Positions 18,182-27,394 of a stretch of DNA of 53,681 bases are shown here, piece after piece. Position 1 is the stretch's first letter. Each line of letters begins with the position of its first letter. Origin of the DNA: an uncultured Candidatus Bathyarchaeia archaeon (lineage in GTDB: Archaea; Thermoproteota; Bathyarchaeia; Bathyarchaeales; Bathycorpusculaceae); contig CAZINA010000001.1 in the NCBI GenBank assembly GCA_964540545.1, positions 5,562 through 59,242 on the forward strand, read 5' to 3'. The notes beneath the pieces were generated by a model. The model was given only the letters and a program-made list of their open reading frames with translations. It made no database searches and was not told the origin of the DNA. A program made the position numbers and the translations under genes.

Positions 18182-18199
18182 CTATTAGGATCCTAATAG
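18182..18199. repeat. perfect 18-bp palindrome CTATTAGGATCCTAATAG in the long intergenic region upstream of the homocitrate-synthase-family gene
   Basis: Read directly from the sequence. A second 15-nt palindrome, CTTCACAGTGTGAAG, lies at 18427-18441. Confidence 0.9.
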
Positions 18200-18467
18200 G
18201 TTCCAAATATGAAAAGAAGTTTAGGTGGCAGAGGTTCTGCGGTGTTTTTTGTCGTTTTTCCGTGCGAGTTAAGGAGTGTTGAAGTGCTATGCGTTCTTAA
18301 TTGAAGGGGAAAATTTGCGTAAAGACAAGTTAAATGTTGTATATGTAACGTTTCTGATTGGACAATCTTTCAGAAAATATGTGGTAACGTTTATCAAGGT
18401 AGATAATGAACTTGTACGAGTTGCATCTTCACAGTGTGAAGTGTACAAATAAGCAGAGTAGTGTAAA

Positions 18468-19679
18468 TTGGACGTAAACGATTTCTATTTTAAATTGGGG
18501 TTAAAAACTGAGCCGATAATAGATGATACTACGCTTCGAGACGGAATCCAAATGCCGGGTTTAGCTGTTGGACCCAAGGACGCCGCGGAAATAGCCCAGC
18601 TTCTAAGTGAGACAGGCGTGGAAAGAATTGAGGTATTCCATTATCAGGAGCCTGACAAGAAAGCTGCAAAGCTTATTCAAGACTTAAACTTGGACACGCG
18701 GGTAGCGGGGTGGTGCCGTGCAGTTAAAGAGGACATTGATAGCGCTCTGCAGTGCGGTTTCAACGAAGTAGGCATTTCGCATCCTGTTTCGGATATTCAT
18801 TTTAGGGCTAAGTGGCCTAGGAGAACCCGCGATACGATTCTGGCTAATCTGGTTGAAGTGGTTGAGTATGCAACTAAGACGCATGGGTTAAGAGCGTTCG
18901 TTCACGGCGAGGACAGCACCCGTGCAGATTGGGATTTTGAAAAGGAACTTGTCAACGCTGTTGCACAAGCTGGTGCCGAGTGTTACCGAGTTTGCGACAC
19001 CGTTGGGATTGGGCTTTCAGATGCAGATGCGCCCTTACCGAGTGGTATTCCCGCCAAGATTTGTGCAATTAAGAAGGAGACTAAAATTGAGGCTATTGAG
19101 ATTCACGCGCATGATGATTTTGGGAACGCAGTTGAAAACACTATGGCTGGTATTCGTGCAGCGTCTGGCATGTGGGATAAGATTTACGCGAGCACCACGT
19201 TTCTTGGAATAGGGGAAAGAGCTGGAAACGCCGAGACTGAGAAGGTTCTTTTGAACTTGTGCCTGCACTATGGGGTTAAAAAATTCGAGGGTAAAACCGC
19301 GAAGCTCAAGGAGACGGCGGATTTCATCGGCAAAGCCACAGGCTACGTGGTTCCACCCAACAAAGCGATAATTGGCGACTACGGATTTGCACACGAGTCA
19401 GGAATCCACACGCACGGCGTGTTGAATGACCCGTGGACTTATGAGCCTTACCCGCCTGAACTTGTGGGCAATGTGCGCCGTTTGACGATAGGAAAACAGT
19501 CAGGGAAGGGCATAATTAAACATAAGATAATGGAAATCACAGGAAAAGCTCCGAACGGGCAAACCCTCATGACAGTGGTGGAGAAAGTAAAGGAAATCTA
19601 CGCGAACGGAAGAAGAGCCTCATTGAAAGAGGAAGAGTTCAAGAAAATACTTCGGACACTCAAGCTACTTCGAGAATAA
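18468..19679 (+). CDS. homocitrate synthase / 2-isopropylmalate synthase family enzyme (HMGL-like TIM barrel, no LeuA regulatory domain)
   Basis: 403 aa with a TTG start. It contains IIDDTTLRDGIQMPG, EIHAHDDFGNAVENTMAGI and GIGERAGNAETE, the DRE-TIM metallolyase signatures. Its length fits the homocitrate/citramalate type. Confidence 0.8.
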   Translation: MDVNDFYFKLGLKTEPIIDDTTLRDGIQMPGLAVGPKDAAEIAQLLSETGVERIEVFHYQEPDKKAAKLIQDLNLDTRVAGWCRAVKEDIDSALQCGFNEVGISHPVSDIHFRAKWPRRTRDTILANLVEVVEYATKTHGLRAFVHGEDSTRADWDFEKELVNAVAQAGAECYRVCDTVGIGLSDADAPLPSGIPAKICAIKKETKIEAIEIHAHDDFGNAVENTMAGIRAASGMWDKIYASTTFLGIGERAGNAETEKVLLNLCLHYGVKKFEGKTAKLKETADFIGKATGYVVPPNKAIIGDYGFAHESGIHTHGVLNDPWTYEPYPPELVGNVRRLTIGKQSGKGIIKHKIMEITGKAPNGQTLMTVVEKVKEIYANGRRASLKEEEFKKILRTLKLLRE

Positions 19680-19833
19680 CACTCCGCACTTCAGTACATA
19701 ACCACTTACATGTATAGCATAAACCGAGCGCGCATCTAACAAAACACGGTTTCCTGGCCACAGCTATATCTTTTTTACTGTCTGATTTATAGAAGACATC
19801 GCGAGTGGAGTGCATATCCTTTTTTAAACTAAG

Positions 19834-20913
19834 ATGCACCGTTATTATTGTCAACTTAAGTTTGGTATGATAATGCAAGCTGTTCTGTCGTTCCTTAAAG
19901 AGCATGAGAATACGCTGTTGAAGCTGTTGCCGTTAGTGTCTTTTGCCGTATCGTTTTTGTGGCTGTATTTTCTGGACGCAGGCTCGTTTGAGTTGATGTG
20001 GAAAGGCAGAACCTTCCAACTGTTTTTCATATGGCTCATAGCCCTAGAATTAATTCTCAGCTGGGAAACCATCCAACCAAACAAGATAGACACAGCTGCT
20101 TCCGCTAAAACGCTTGTTTTCGTTGCCGCACTCCTGCTTCCTACAGTGTACGTGGTATTATCCAACTATTTGGGATTAAACACTGCTATAGCTGAGGCAT
20201 CTCGGCAAATCGGCGTAACATGGTGGGAATCAATGGCGCTCTCAACTGAATACCTCGTCTTCACAGCGTTGTTTTGTGTGATGATTTTCCTGCAGTTTGG
20301 GAAAAAGGGGCTCAAGGATTTCTCAGTTCCCGCCTTCTTCCTCGGCATAGTCGGAGCGCTTTACACAATTGACAACGTGTTTCCTTATGGTCAATTCACA
20401 CCGTTCCAGCTGCTCGTTCCCACCACAGCCACGCTTGCAGCCAACGTGTTAAACCTGATGGGTTACCAGACCAGCTTATCCACAGCAAGCACCATGCCTC
20501 GGCTGACGGCAACCGACCCCGCTAACCCCATGCGTACAGCCACTTTCGACATAGCATGGCCCTGCGCAGGCATCGAGAGCCTACTCATCTTCACCGTAGT
20601 AGCACTGCTATTCTTGAAAAGGATGCCCATCAATTGGAAAGCAAAAACAGTCTACTTCGCAGTTGGCGCCGCCGTAACTTACTTCATCAACATCCTGAGA
20701 ATAGCCGCCATATTCACAATCGGAATGGACGGCGGAGACGTGCAGTTATTCCACTTCTACTACGGCCCATTGTATGCTATCGTATGGATCGTATCATATC
20801 CCTTGATAATTCTCGGAAGCCTAAGCCTTTGGCGCAAAATTACGGAGAAAAGGGACGGAAAAAAGCCTCAAGAGATTAAGAAAGCTCAACCTTCTCAGCC
20901 AAACCCTGCTTAA
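19834..20913 (+). CDS. archaeosortase-family (exosortase-like) transpeptidase
   Basis: 359 aa and polytopic. A conserved Cys lies in AWPCAGIESLLIF (Cys codon 20563-20565). An Arg in NILRIAAIF and a later His (QLFHFYYGP) complete the exosortase/archaeosortase Cys-Arg-His pattern. The start may be an internal Met (19867 or 19873). Confidence 0.7.
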   Translation: MHRYYCQLKFGMIMQAVLSFLKEHENTLLKLLPLVSFAVSFLWLYFLDAGSFELMWKGRTFQLFFIWLIALELILSWETIQPNKIDTAASAKTLVFVAALLLPTVYVVLSNYLGLNTAIAEASRQIGVTWWESMALSTEYLVFTALFCVMIFLQFGKKGLKDFSVPAFFLGIVGALYTIDNVFPYGQFTPFQLLVPTTATLAANVLNLMGYQTSLSTASTMPRLTATDPANPMRTATFDIAWPCAGIESLLIFTVVALLFLKRMPINWKAKTVYFAVGAAVTYFINILRIAAIFTIGMDGGDVQLFHFYYGPLYAIVWIVSYPLIILGSLSLWRKITEKRDGKKPQEIKKAQPSQPNPA

Positions 20914-21436
20914 CCAAGATTTCAGCGTTTTCCACAGGCACAGACGCAACGTCTTCAACCATGAAAGGCCCGTAAGTTTTCATGTCAGCGCCGATTACTG
21001 CTGGAACAGCCTTGAGAAACCTTAAGGCAACTCTTTTGCAAACTTTCTTTGCAGGCGCTTTTGAAACCTGACTGGAAACCTTCCCTTTCAACAGCTTGTC
21101 CGCGAATTTTTGATATGATTCTGCGAAAGAGACGAAGCTTGTGCACAACGATTCTTCATCATCCGCCAACAAACCCGAAGGCAGTTTTTTGCTCTCACTG
21201 ACCAGCGAGACTAGTTTTTTGTATCGCGCCCAAATTAACTCTTGAAGCATGCACTTGACACGCTCCAACTCGCGCTCCAGAAGCCTTGACTTTACGGTTT
21301 TCTTATCCATCATCTTGGTTTCTTCGGTAATGGTTTTCAGGTAATCTGCGGCGCGAGCGTAAAAGTCAGAAGGCAAACCACCCAGCGCAGTGTTTTCAAG
21401 TTCAAACCGCCAAGCAGCATAAAGTTCATCGTACAT
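20876..21436 (-). CDS. GINS complex subunit (Gins51/Gins15-type)
   Basis: 186 aa. MYDELYAAWRFELENTALGGLPSDFYARAADYL matches the typical Gins51 N-terminus. It lies 2 nt downstream of priS, a linkage known from Sulfolobus. Confidence 0.7.
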   Translation of the reverse strand: MYDELYAAWRFELENTALGGLPSDFYARAADYLKTITEETKMMDKKTVKSRLLERELERVKCMLQELIWARYKKLVSLVSESKKLPSGLLADDEESLCTSFVSFAESYQKFADKLLKGKVSSQVSKAPAKKVCKRVALRFLKAVPAVIGADMKTYGPFMVEDVASVPVENAEILVKQGLAEKVELS

Positions 21437-21438
21437 AA

Positions 21439-22683
21439 CTACTTCGCCACCTCCGCTCTGCGCTTGCAGATAAGAAGCATGGCCGCGGCTGTGGGAAGCA
21501 CAACCGTTTTACGCTTGTAAGGACCAAACACGTTTCCACCCAACCTGAATTCTGGTGCATCAGAGACAAACACTTTCACGGCGCCCTCTTTAAAAGCTAC
21601 TGCCTCCTTAAACGGGTCGAAATCGTCAAGGCTTCCAATCGGAAACTCCATCTTCTTCAAGCCGGTTTTGCCATGCAAAGTCCCGTTCATCCTGATCAAA
21701 CGATGCGTGTCCGTGGTGACAACCGTATCAATCTTTGAAGACTCGAGGTCCTTAACGTGCTCAGCCAGTTTTTTCCAAGTTTTAACCCCGACGCCTTTAA
21801 CGCTGTCCCAACGTCCGTCTCCCACGCAACGTTTCAAAATCAACTCCTTGTTTTCCAATATTTCGTTAACCGCTTTTCCTTTAACACCCGCGGTCTTCAA
21901 GTCTTCTTTTGAGGCGCTAAGTATGAAATTGTGGAGACCCAGTTTCAGGCGCTTGTTCCAACCGAAATCATGCAAACTGAAACCTCGAGAAGCACGCCTC
22001 CGCCTAGACCTGCCTTTTGTTTTGCCTCCAGATATTGTTAAACCCAGCCCAAAAACGTAGTCAACAATTTCCTTGCGAGCCATAGTATCCAACGTCTTAA
22101 CGGCTTCGTTCTCAACGTGAACGTGATAACCACGATGACCAGAAAAAAACACGTTCATCTCTTTACTGGAAAAACCAAAATCCTTCTCCAACATGTCAAT
22201 TAGCTTAGCGGTTTCATCTTTGGCGGATTCCAAGCAGAGTTCACAAGGCCAAGTCTTCGTGTCGAACTTTTTGCCTCCGCAAATCGGACAAGTTTCAGGA
22301 GTGACGCCTTTTCCGCTGAAACCACACTCGCTGTTGGCGCAGGTCCATTCGTCATGGATTTTACTGCAAGATGTGGGAATGTGGTCAGCGTCTATGTCGA
22401 AAACAAGGTCAGCTCCAAGCCAACCCTTTTTGTCCATCTCAGCCGCTGGATTTTCGTAGTATGCACAAGAACGGTAAACATCTGAAGGAACCCTCTCGCT
22501 GAGAAACAGCTTGAGGTCTTTGATGCGGGCAAAAACCTTATGCCGTAGCATTATTCGTTCCTTCAAGAGAAGAAAACCAAGTTCTCTCTGACCGAGCGAA
22601 GCGGGAGAAGGAATAACTGTGGAGGGGGAACTGTAAAAATCAGAAAAACTTGCATAAACGAAATCTCGGGAAGACATAGTCAC
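21439..22683 (-). CDS. priS: DNA primase small (catalytic) subunit PriS
   Basis: 414 aa. It has the catalytic motif DLVFDIDADH, a zinc knuckle (CANSECG...CPICGG) and SGHRGYHVHV. Confidence 0.9.
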   Translation of the reverse strand: MTMSSRDFVYASFSDFYSSPSTVIPSPASLGQRELGFLLLKERIMLRHKVFARIKDLKLFLSERVPSDVYRSCAYYENPAAEMDKKGWLGADLVFDIDADHIPTSCSKIHDEWTCANSECGFSGKGVTPETCPICGGKKFDTKTWPCELCLESAKDETAKLIDMLEKDFGFSSKEMNVFFSGHRGYHVHVENEAVKTLDTMARKEIVDYVFGLGLTISGGKTKGRSRRRRASRGFSLHDFGWNKRLKLGLHNFILSASKEDLKTAGVKGKAVNEILENKELILKRCVGDGRWDSVKGVGVKTWKKLAEHVKDLESSKIDTVVTTDTHRLIRMNGTLHGKTGLKKMEFPIGSLDDFDPFKEAVAFKEGAVKVFVSDAPEFRLGGNVFGPYKRKTVVLPTAAAMLLICKRRAEVAK

Positions 22684-22774
22684 CCTCGCCGCTGCCCCCT
22701 GCTCTATCGATTAGATGATGTCACGTTCTCAAATTTAACCATTAACCGCCTGATGTTCAAGATTACTGAAGAGG

Positions 22775-24553
22775 TTAGAGTCCCAAAACTCTTGCCCAAC
22801 CATCCAGAACATGTAGTAGGTCAAAGGAAATTAAGCCGAAACCAATCACAGCCATAATGAAGACCAGCCAAATCATGGTGAGTTCCATGTCTCTTTTTTT
22901 CTGAGGAAGTAACGAGTACCCAAAGAAAAATGGCAAGTACCAAATTTGGAAAAACGGCATCGTAAAAAGGGGCAACAGCAGAAAAACTGCAGACAACGAA
23001 ATAAAGGGGTTTCTTTTACGCATGTAAACCGCAAAAAGCAGAGTAACAGCAAGAGTTAGTAACACTGCGAACGACTGCACCTCCCAAGTTATCTGTGCGT
23101 GAGGACTGAAAGCGTTAATCCCGTTCAGGATAAACTCGGGTTTTGTGTCCATCAAATAGGGCGCGCTTGCAACAGCTGTAGCTCCAGCGATTGCTGTAAG
23201 AATGGCAGCGGCAATTACTGCTTTGTTTCTGATTAAACTGGAGAGCTGGTGCTGCTCAAAAAGCTTCAGCAGACCCATTATAATGAGAGGGAAAAGGAAT
23301 ATGGCTGCTTGGTACTTCAAAATCACAGAGATTGCTATAAACAAAAGGAAATAGTCGTATCGTTCAGTTAGGTACCGGTCTATGGCGATTAAGGAAAACA
23401 GAAGCGGAACCGCGTCATACGTTCCATTAGCCGCGTAAACGATTAAGGGTATGTACATGGCGTATACGCCCAGCAACTTCAAAAAGGGAAACATTTTCTG
23501 CTTCCAAAAGCGCTCGAGAAAATAGTACAAGCTAACGTGGGCAAACAAAAGGAAAACAGCTATTTCCATCTTGAAGACGAAAACCTGGTTGACACCGCTT
23601 TGAAGCAGAAAACCGAATGGAAGAAACAAAAAGATGCTGCCTAAAGGATAAATATGCGCCATCTGGGGCCAAGTTACAAACTTGTAATAAGAGTTATCGC
23701 TGCTGGATAATTGCCCCAGAGGGGTATCAAAAATGGAAAAACCAACTTTTGAAAATAAGGTCGAAGAATATGAGTGCCTCGCATGGTCTGTAAACCAATT
23801 TTCGAAAGATGCAAAAGCGTTGGTGTTCACCACCAGAAGGAAAAGCCAGAAAGCTAAAGACAAAAGAACCAAAATCAACAATACTCGACGGCCTTTATGA
23901 CTTAAAAGCCTCGCTTTGCATTCTTCCGCTCTAAACACTAAGGCGTTGTTAAGCGCGGGTTTCAACAGCAACAGGATGATTGAGCCCAAACTGAAGAAGA
24001 AAACGATTCTAGCGGGAGTAGTAAGCCAAGAAAATGGAAAAAGGACTTCAGGTTTCTCAACGGACACTTCAAAGTGAAAATCGCTTGCAACATTCGAGTC
24101 AGTTAAGAAAACGACCTCGTAATAGTCAGTGCCAGCAGTAAATGAATACTCAATATCTGCAGATGACACGATAGAAAAACGAGTACCGTTGTAAGTTACT
24201 ATTGAAAAGTTGATAGGTGAATTCGACGGGTTAAGGAGTGATGTTGAAATGTTCTCGCCGCCTCGAAAAGAACCTAAACCATGTCTCCACATTTCCAGCG
24301 GCGTTAACGTAAAAGACTCATCAATGATAACGCGGGTTTCCGTCTCACTAGTGGCTATCGGACACAGACTCACAACTGCGACGGCTACACTTAAAGCAAG
24401 CAACGCAATAGCGCCTAAAAGAAAAACTTTAGGCACGCCAAATCGTCTCATCGACAGTTTCCTCGACATATTGAGATACTGGTGTTCACGTGTTCGGAAG
24501 CATATGTACTGTTTCGCTATTTTAATTTCCGCATAACTCGGAAGGACATCCAC
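22775..24553 (-). CDS. polytopic membrane protein, possibly a GT-C-fold glycosyltransferase, with an N-terminal extracellular domain
   Basis: 592 aa, with at least 10 hydrophobic segments after a roughly 150-aa soluble domain. It lies directly downstream of a Dpm1-like GT2. The GT-C assignment comes from context and topology only. The start is likely at Met29 (24469). Confidence 0.55.
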   Translation of the reverse strand: MDVLPSYAEIKIAKQYICFRTREHQYLNMSRKLSMRRFGVPKVFLLGAIALLALSVAVAVVSLCPIATSETETRVIIDESFTLTPLEMWRHGLGSFRGGENISTSLLNPSNSPINFSIVTYNGTRFSIVSSADIEYSFTAGTDYYEVVFLTDSNVASDFHFEVSVEKPEVLFPFSWLTTPARIVFFFSLGSIILLLLKPALNNALVFRAEECKARLLSHKGRRVLLILVLLSLAFWLFLLVVNTNAFASFENWFTDHARHSYSSTLFSKVGFSIFDTPLGQLSSSDNSYYKFVTWPQMAHIYPLGSIFLFLPFGFLLQSGVNQVFVFKMEIAVFLLFAHVSLYYFLERFWKQKMFPFLKLLGVYAMYIPLIVYAANGTYDAVPLLFSLIAIDRYLTERYDYFLLFIAISVILKYQAAIFLFPLIIMGLLKLFEQHQLSSLIRNKAVIAAAILTAIAGATAVASAPYLMDTKPEFILNGINAFSPHAQITWEVQSFAVLLTLAVTLLFAVYMRKRNPFISLSAVFLLLPLFTMPFFQIWYLPFFFGYSLLPQKKRDMELTMIWLVFIMAVIGFGLISFDLLHVLDGWARVLGL

Positions 24554-24611
24554 TGTTGTTAAGTATAAAATTCCATAGAGCGGTGGTGACTTTCAGAATT
24601 TAAACAGCCAT

Positions 24612-25376
24612 TTAAGTCTCGTGTGCTATTCCACGTGTCGCTGTCTTCAAGGTATAGGATAAGTAGCCTTGAACTTCTGTCAATGTAAGTTTTGATTTTC
24701 CAAGTTTCCTGTTGACAAAAAGTATTGGGACTTCTTTAACATTGAAATCCCTTATAAGAGCTTGCCGTACAGTTTCGATTTGAATTTCGTAGGTTTGGCT
24801 GTGTAAACTGCCGATGGCTACTTTCAGAAAACCTGTAGAATAACAACGGAATCCGCTTGTGCAATCCCGAAGCGTAAAACCCATTAAAAATCTAGCCATA
24901 ATATTTGCCGCTCGACTGATTACTTTTCTTGTGAACGGCCACCCCGCTATTTTACCGCCTTTGCAATATCTGCTTCCTACAACTATGCCACATCCACTTT
25001 GCATACTTGATAACAGTTGAGGAATAGCCTTCGGGTTATGTGAATAATCAGCGTCCATTGTCACAATGAACTTCGGCGGAAACTTGGAGGCCAAAAAGAT
25101 TTTGAATCCGTCGGTTATAGCGGTTCCTAACCCGCTTTTTTTAGGTCTAACACAGAGAAGAATATTGCCGTGTTTTTTCTGCAGATTCTGCACGACCTCC
25201 ACGGTTCCATCAGCGCTAGAATCATCTATAACCAGAATGGAAGTGTTAAGCGGAAGATTTTCAATGTCCTCAATAAGGCTCGCTATGTTTTCCGCCTCAC
25301 GATACGTAGGTAGAATAACACCAACATCTGAGATGCCCTCTAAGGCGCCTATTAGCTGATAGGACATGAAAGCCAC
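24612..25376 (-). CDS. GT2 glycosyltransferase, dolichyl/polyprenyl-phosphate mannose synthase-like
   Basis: 254 aa. It contains VILPTYREAENI, LVIDDSSADGT and the DxD motif in TMDADYSHNP, the Dpm1-like pattern. Confidence 0.85.
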   Translation of the reverse strand: MAFMSYQLIGALEGISDVGVILPTYREAENIASLIEDIENLPLNTSILVIDDSSADGTVEVVQNLQKKHGNILLCVRPKKSGLGTAITDGFKIFLASKFPPKFIVTMDADYSHNPKAIPQLLSSMQSGCGIVVGSRYCKGGKIAGWPFTRKVISRAANIMARFLMGFTLRDCTSGFRCYSTGFLKVAIGSLHSQTYEIQIETVRQALIRDFNVKEVPILFVNRKLGKSKLTLTEVQGYLSYTLKTATRGIAHET

Positions 25377-25451
25377 CTACCCATATGCAGTCGCAATTTG
25401 TTAATAAGTTTTAACAATAAAGCAGGAACCAACTGGAGCTTTTTGATGATT

Positions 25452-26489
25452 TTATTGGTTTTGCCGCTTCACTTCACGTCTATAATAAGCTAGGGGATGA
25501 CGAACCCAACGGCATAAAGCATCAGGGTTTACGCAAACACCGTGAGTCTGCAAAGTCGAACACTGAGGCGGAGTATACCGTGTTCTGGAGCCGCGTTCTC
25601 CTGCGATGTGCTCAATTTGATAGCGCGTTAACCTTTCGTTATAATCTGAAAAACTCTTGAATAATTCAGCTACTTTTTCTGAGGGCATACCGATGCTAAC
25701 GAGAAACGAGGTTAAGGTGAATCGGCCCACATGTGAAAGATGATGACCCTTCGCCACCGATTCCTGAAGGGCTATGATGCAGGGTGGAAAAGCTGATTGC
25801 GTCACAGTCTTGGGGAACCCCTCCATCTCGTCCTGACCAATCCTTTCCTTGGCTAATTCTAGTAGCCGCTCTGCCATCTCCGTTATTTTCTCTGGAAAGC
25901 TTGGAAGTTCGGTTGCTTCCAGTCTTCTCTCGATACGGCGGCGAACCTCTTCTTGCAGCAGTCGCACAACATCCTTCTGGGTTAAGTAAACCATCCCGTT
26001 CACTAAAATTTGATTTACCAGTTTCCACTTCATGTCCCGCAAATGCACAGTGTTCCTCAAGTAGTCAGTGAAATTTAGTGCGAATTCAAAAGGTATTTTG
26101 GAGTTTCGATTTTGTTCAAGATTCCACCCGAAATCCAGTGCAATCGCCATAATTCTTTCGCGGGTTTCAAATTGCAGGTCGCTGAAAGCTTGTTTTGCTT
26201 CGGCTAGAGCATAACGTTTCTTGATGAAGGAGTTCTTGGTGGCTATCGTTAACATAATTGCAACAGGAAAAGAGGGAATTTCCACGTAGTTTTCGCGTTT
26301 TTCTCCAACGGAAACAGATAAAATTGCGTTTTCAACTCTTTCTTCGGCGCGGTTGAGAATTTGCCCCATCTCAGGATTCGTCAATTCTTCTATTTTCAAG
26401 TTTAGTTTTTTCATATGCGCTGCGGTTTCTTTCAGAAAGGGATATTTCGCCAAGTCGTTCTGGGTGAAGCTAACCGTTTCCATTTGCAT
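25452..26489 (-). CDS. priL: DNA primase large subunit PriL
   Basis: 345 aa. It contains FPPCIIAL and C-terminal Fe-S cluster cysteines (PPQCSTLQTHGVCVNPDALC). It lies 12 nt downstream of PCNA. Confidence 0.85.
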   Translation of the reverse strand: MQMETVSFTQNDLAKYPFLKETAAHMKKLNLKIEELTNPEMGQILNRAEERVENAILSVSVGEKRENYVEIPSFPVAIMLTIATKNSFIKKRYALAEAKQAFSDLQFETRERIMAIALDFGWNLEQNRNSKIPFEFALNFTDYLRNTVHLRDMKWKLVNQILVNGMVYLTQKDVVRLLQEEVRRRIERRLEATELPSFPEKITEMAERLLELAKERIGQDEMEGFPKTVTQSAFPPCIIALQESVAKGHHLSHVGRFTLTSFLVSIGMPSEKVAELFKSFSDYNERLTRYQIEHIAGERGSRTRYTPPQCSTLQTHGVCVNPDALCRWVRHPLAYYRREVKRQNQ

Positions 26490-26501
26490 GCTACATTCTT
26501 A

Positions 26502-27257
26502 TTATTCGGTTTCGATTCTTGGCGCAAGGAAGAAAGTCAGTTTTCCAGCGGTTGTTTGTTGAAAATCTATTTTCACGGGCATGTCAGTTGAAAATTCAAG
26601 AGTGGCAATTTCAGATGTGGCTGAAGCAGCCTTTATGATTTCAGACAAGTAGCTTAAGCTGAAAGTCGCCTTTGAATTCTCTTTTACCTCCAACTCCAGC
26701 AGGGTATCGCTTTCTTTTTGAAGCGTTATTGTTGCACCCATCAAGTCTCCTGCAGCGTTTAGCAGAAGTTTCTCTGCATCCGCCTCTATTCTGACGTGGT
26801 CACTTACAAGCTGCGCGTCTTCTATTGCCTGGCTTAGCCCTTGTGTTGTGGTTTTAGCTTTTATGTTAAAGGCTATCTTGGGTGTTGGTACTTCTTCTTC
26901 GGATGCTTCTAGCGTGGGCATGTTGAAGTTACGACTGTACTTTCCTGTTATTTTGATTTGAAGACGCCCAGTCTTATCGTCAAGAGACAACTCTACTGTC
27001 TCTTCCTTGCCTGCTCGTTTGAGTAGCCTCAACAACTCGCTTATGTTTATACACATTTTGGAGGGTGCTTCACAAACGTATTCTTCAAAAATTGTTTTAG
27101 GCCATTCGAAATCAATCATGGCAACACGGGACGGGTCCATCGCCCGTAGTTTCAAGCCTTCAGGCTCGATTTTAAATGTGGCTTCATCTACAAGAATGGA
27201 TATGGCAGCAGCCATGTCTCTCAAGAGTTTAGCGTCAGATACTTTAAGCTTAAACAT
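26502..27257 (-). CDS. pcn: DNA polymerase sliding clamp PCNA
   Basis: 251 aa. MFKLKVSDAKLLRDMAAAISILVDEATFKIEPEGLKLRAMDPSRVAMIDF matches the typical PCNA N-domain. The length is also typical. Confidence 0.9.
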   Translation of the reverse strand: MFKLKVSDAKLLRDMAAAISILVDEATFKIEPEGLKLRAMDPSRVAMIDFEWPKTIFEEYVCEAPSKMCINISELLRLLKRAGKEETVELSLDDKTGRLQIKITGKYSRNFNMPTLEASEEEVPTPKIAFNIKAKTTTQGLSQAIEDAQLVSDHVRIEADAEKLLLNAAGDLMGATITLQKESDTLLELEVKENSKATFSLSYLSEIIKAASATSEIATLEFSTDMPVKIDFQQTTAGKLTFFLAPRIETE

Positions 27258-27394
27258 GTCCTTTTTCCTCGCTTAATGCTACACAGAGATGTTATTAAAA
27301 TTTTAGGCAATTAAGCGTTAAATGCTCATAGATAAAAATATTCGTGAGGAAAACTTCGGTTTTGAACCTTGACACCTGCGAAGAGATGGAAAGT

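Noticed and set aside
18406-18477. 23-codon upstream ORF as a leader peptide for attenuation of the homocitrate-synthase-family gene
   Set aside because: The peptide (MNLYELHLHSVKCTNKQSSVNWT) shows no run of a regulatory amino acid. Classical attenuation is not established in archaea.
22714-22769. C/D-box sRNA-like arrangement (GATGATGT ... CTGATGT ... CTGA)
   Set aside because: The C and C' boxes deviate from RUGAUGA. There is no D' box (CUGA) at the expected spacing, and the guide lengths are off. This is insufficient for a call without covariance-model support.
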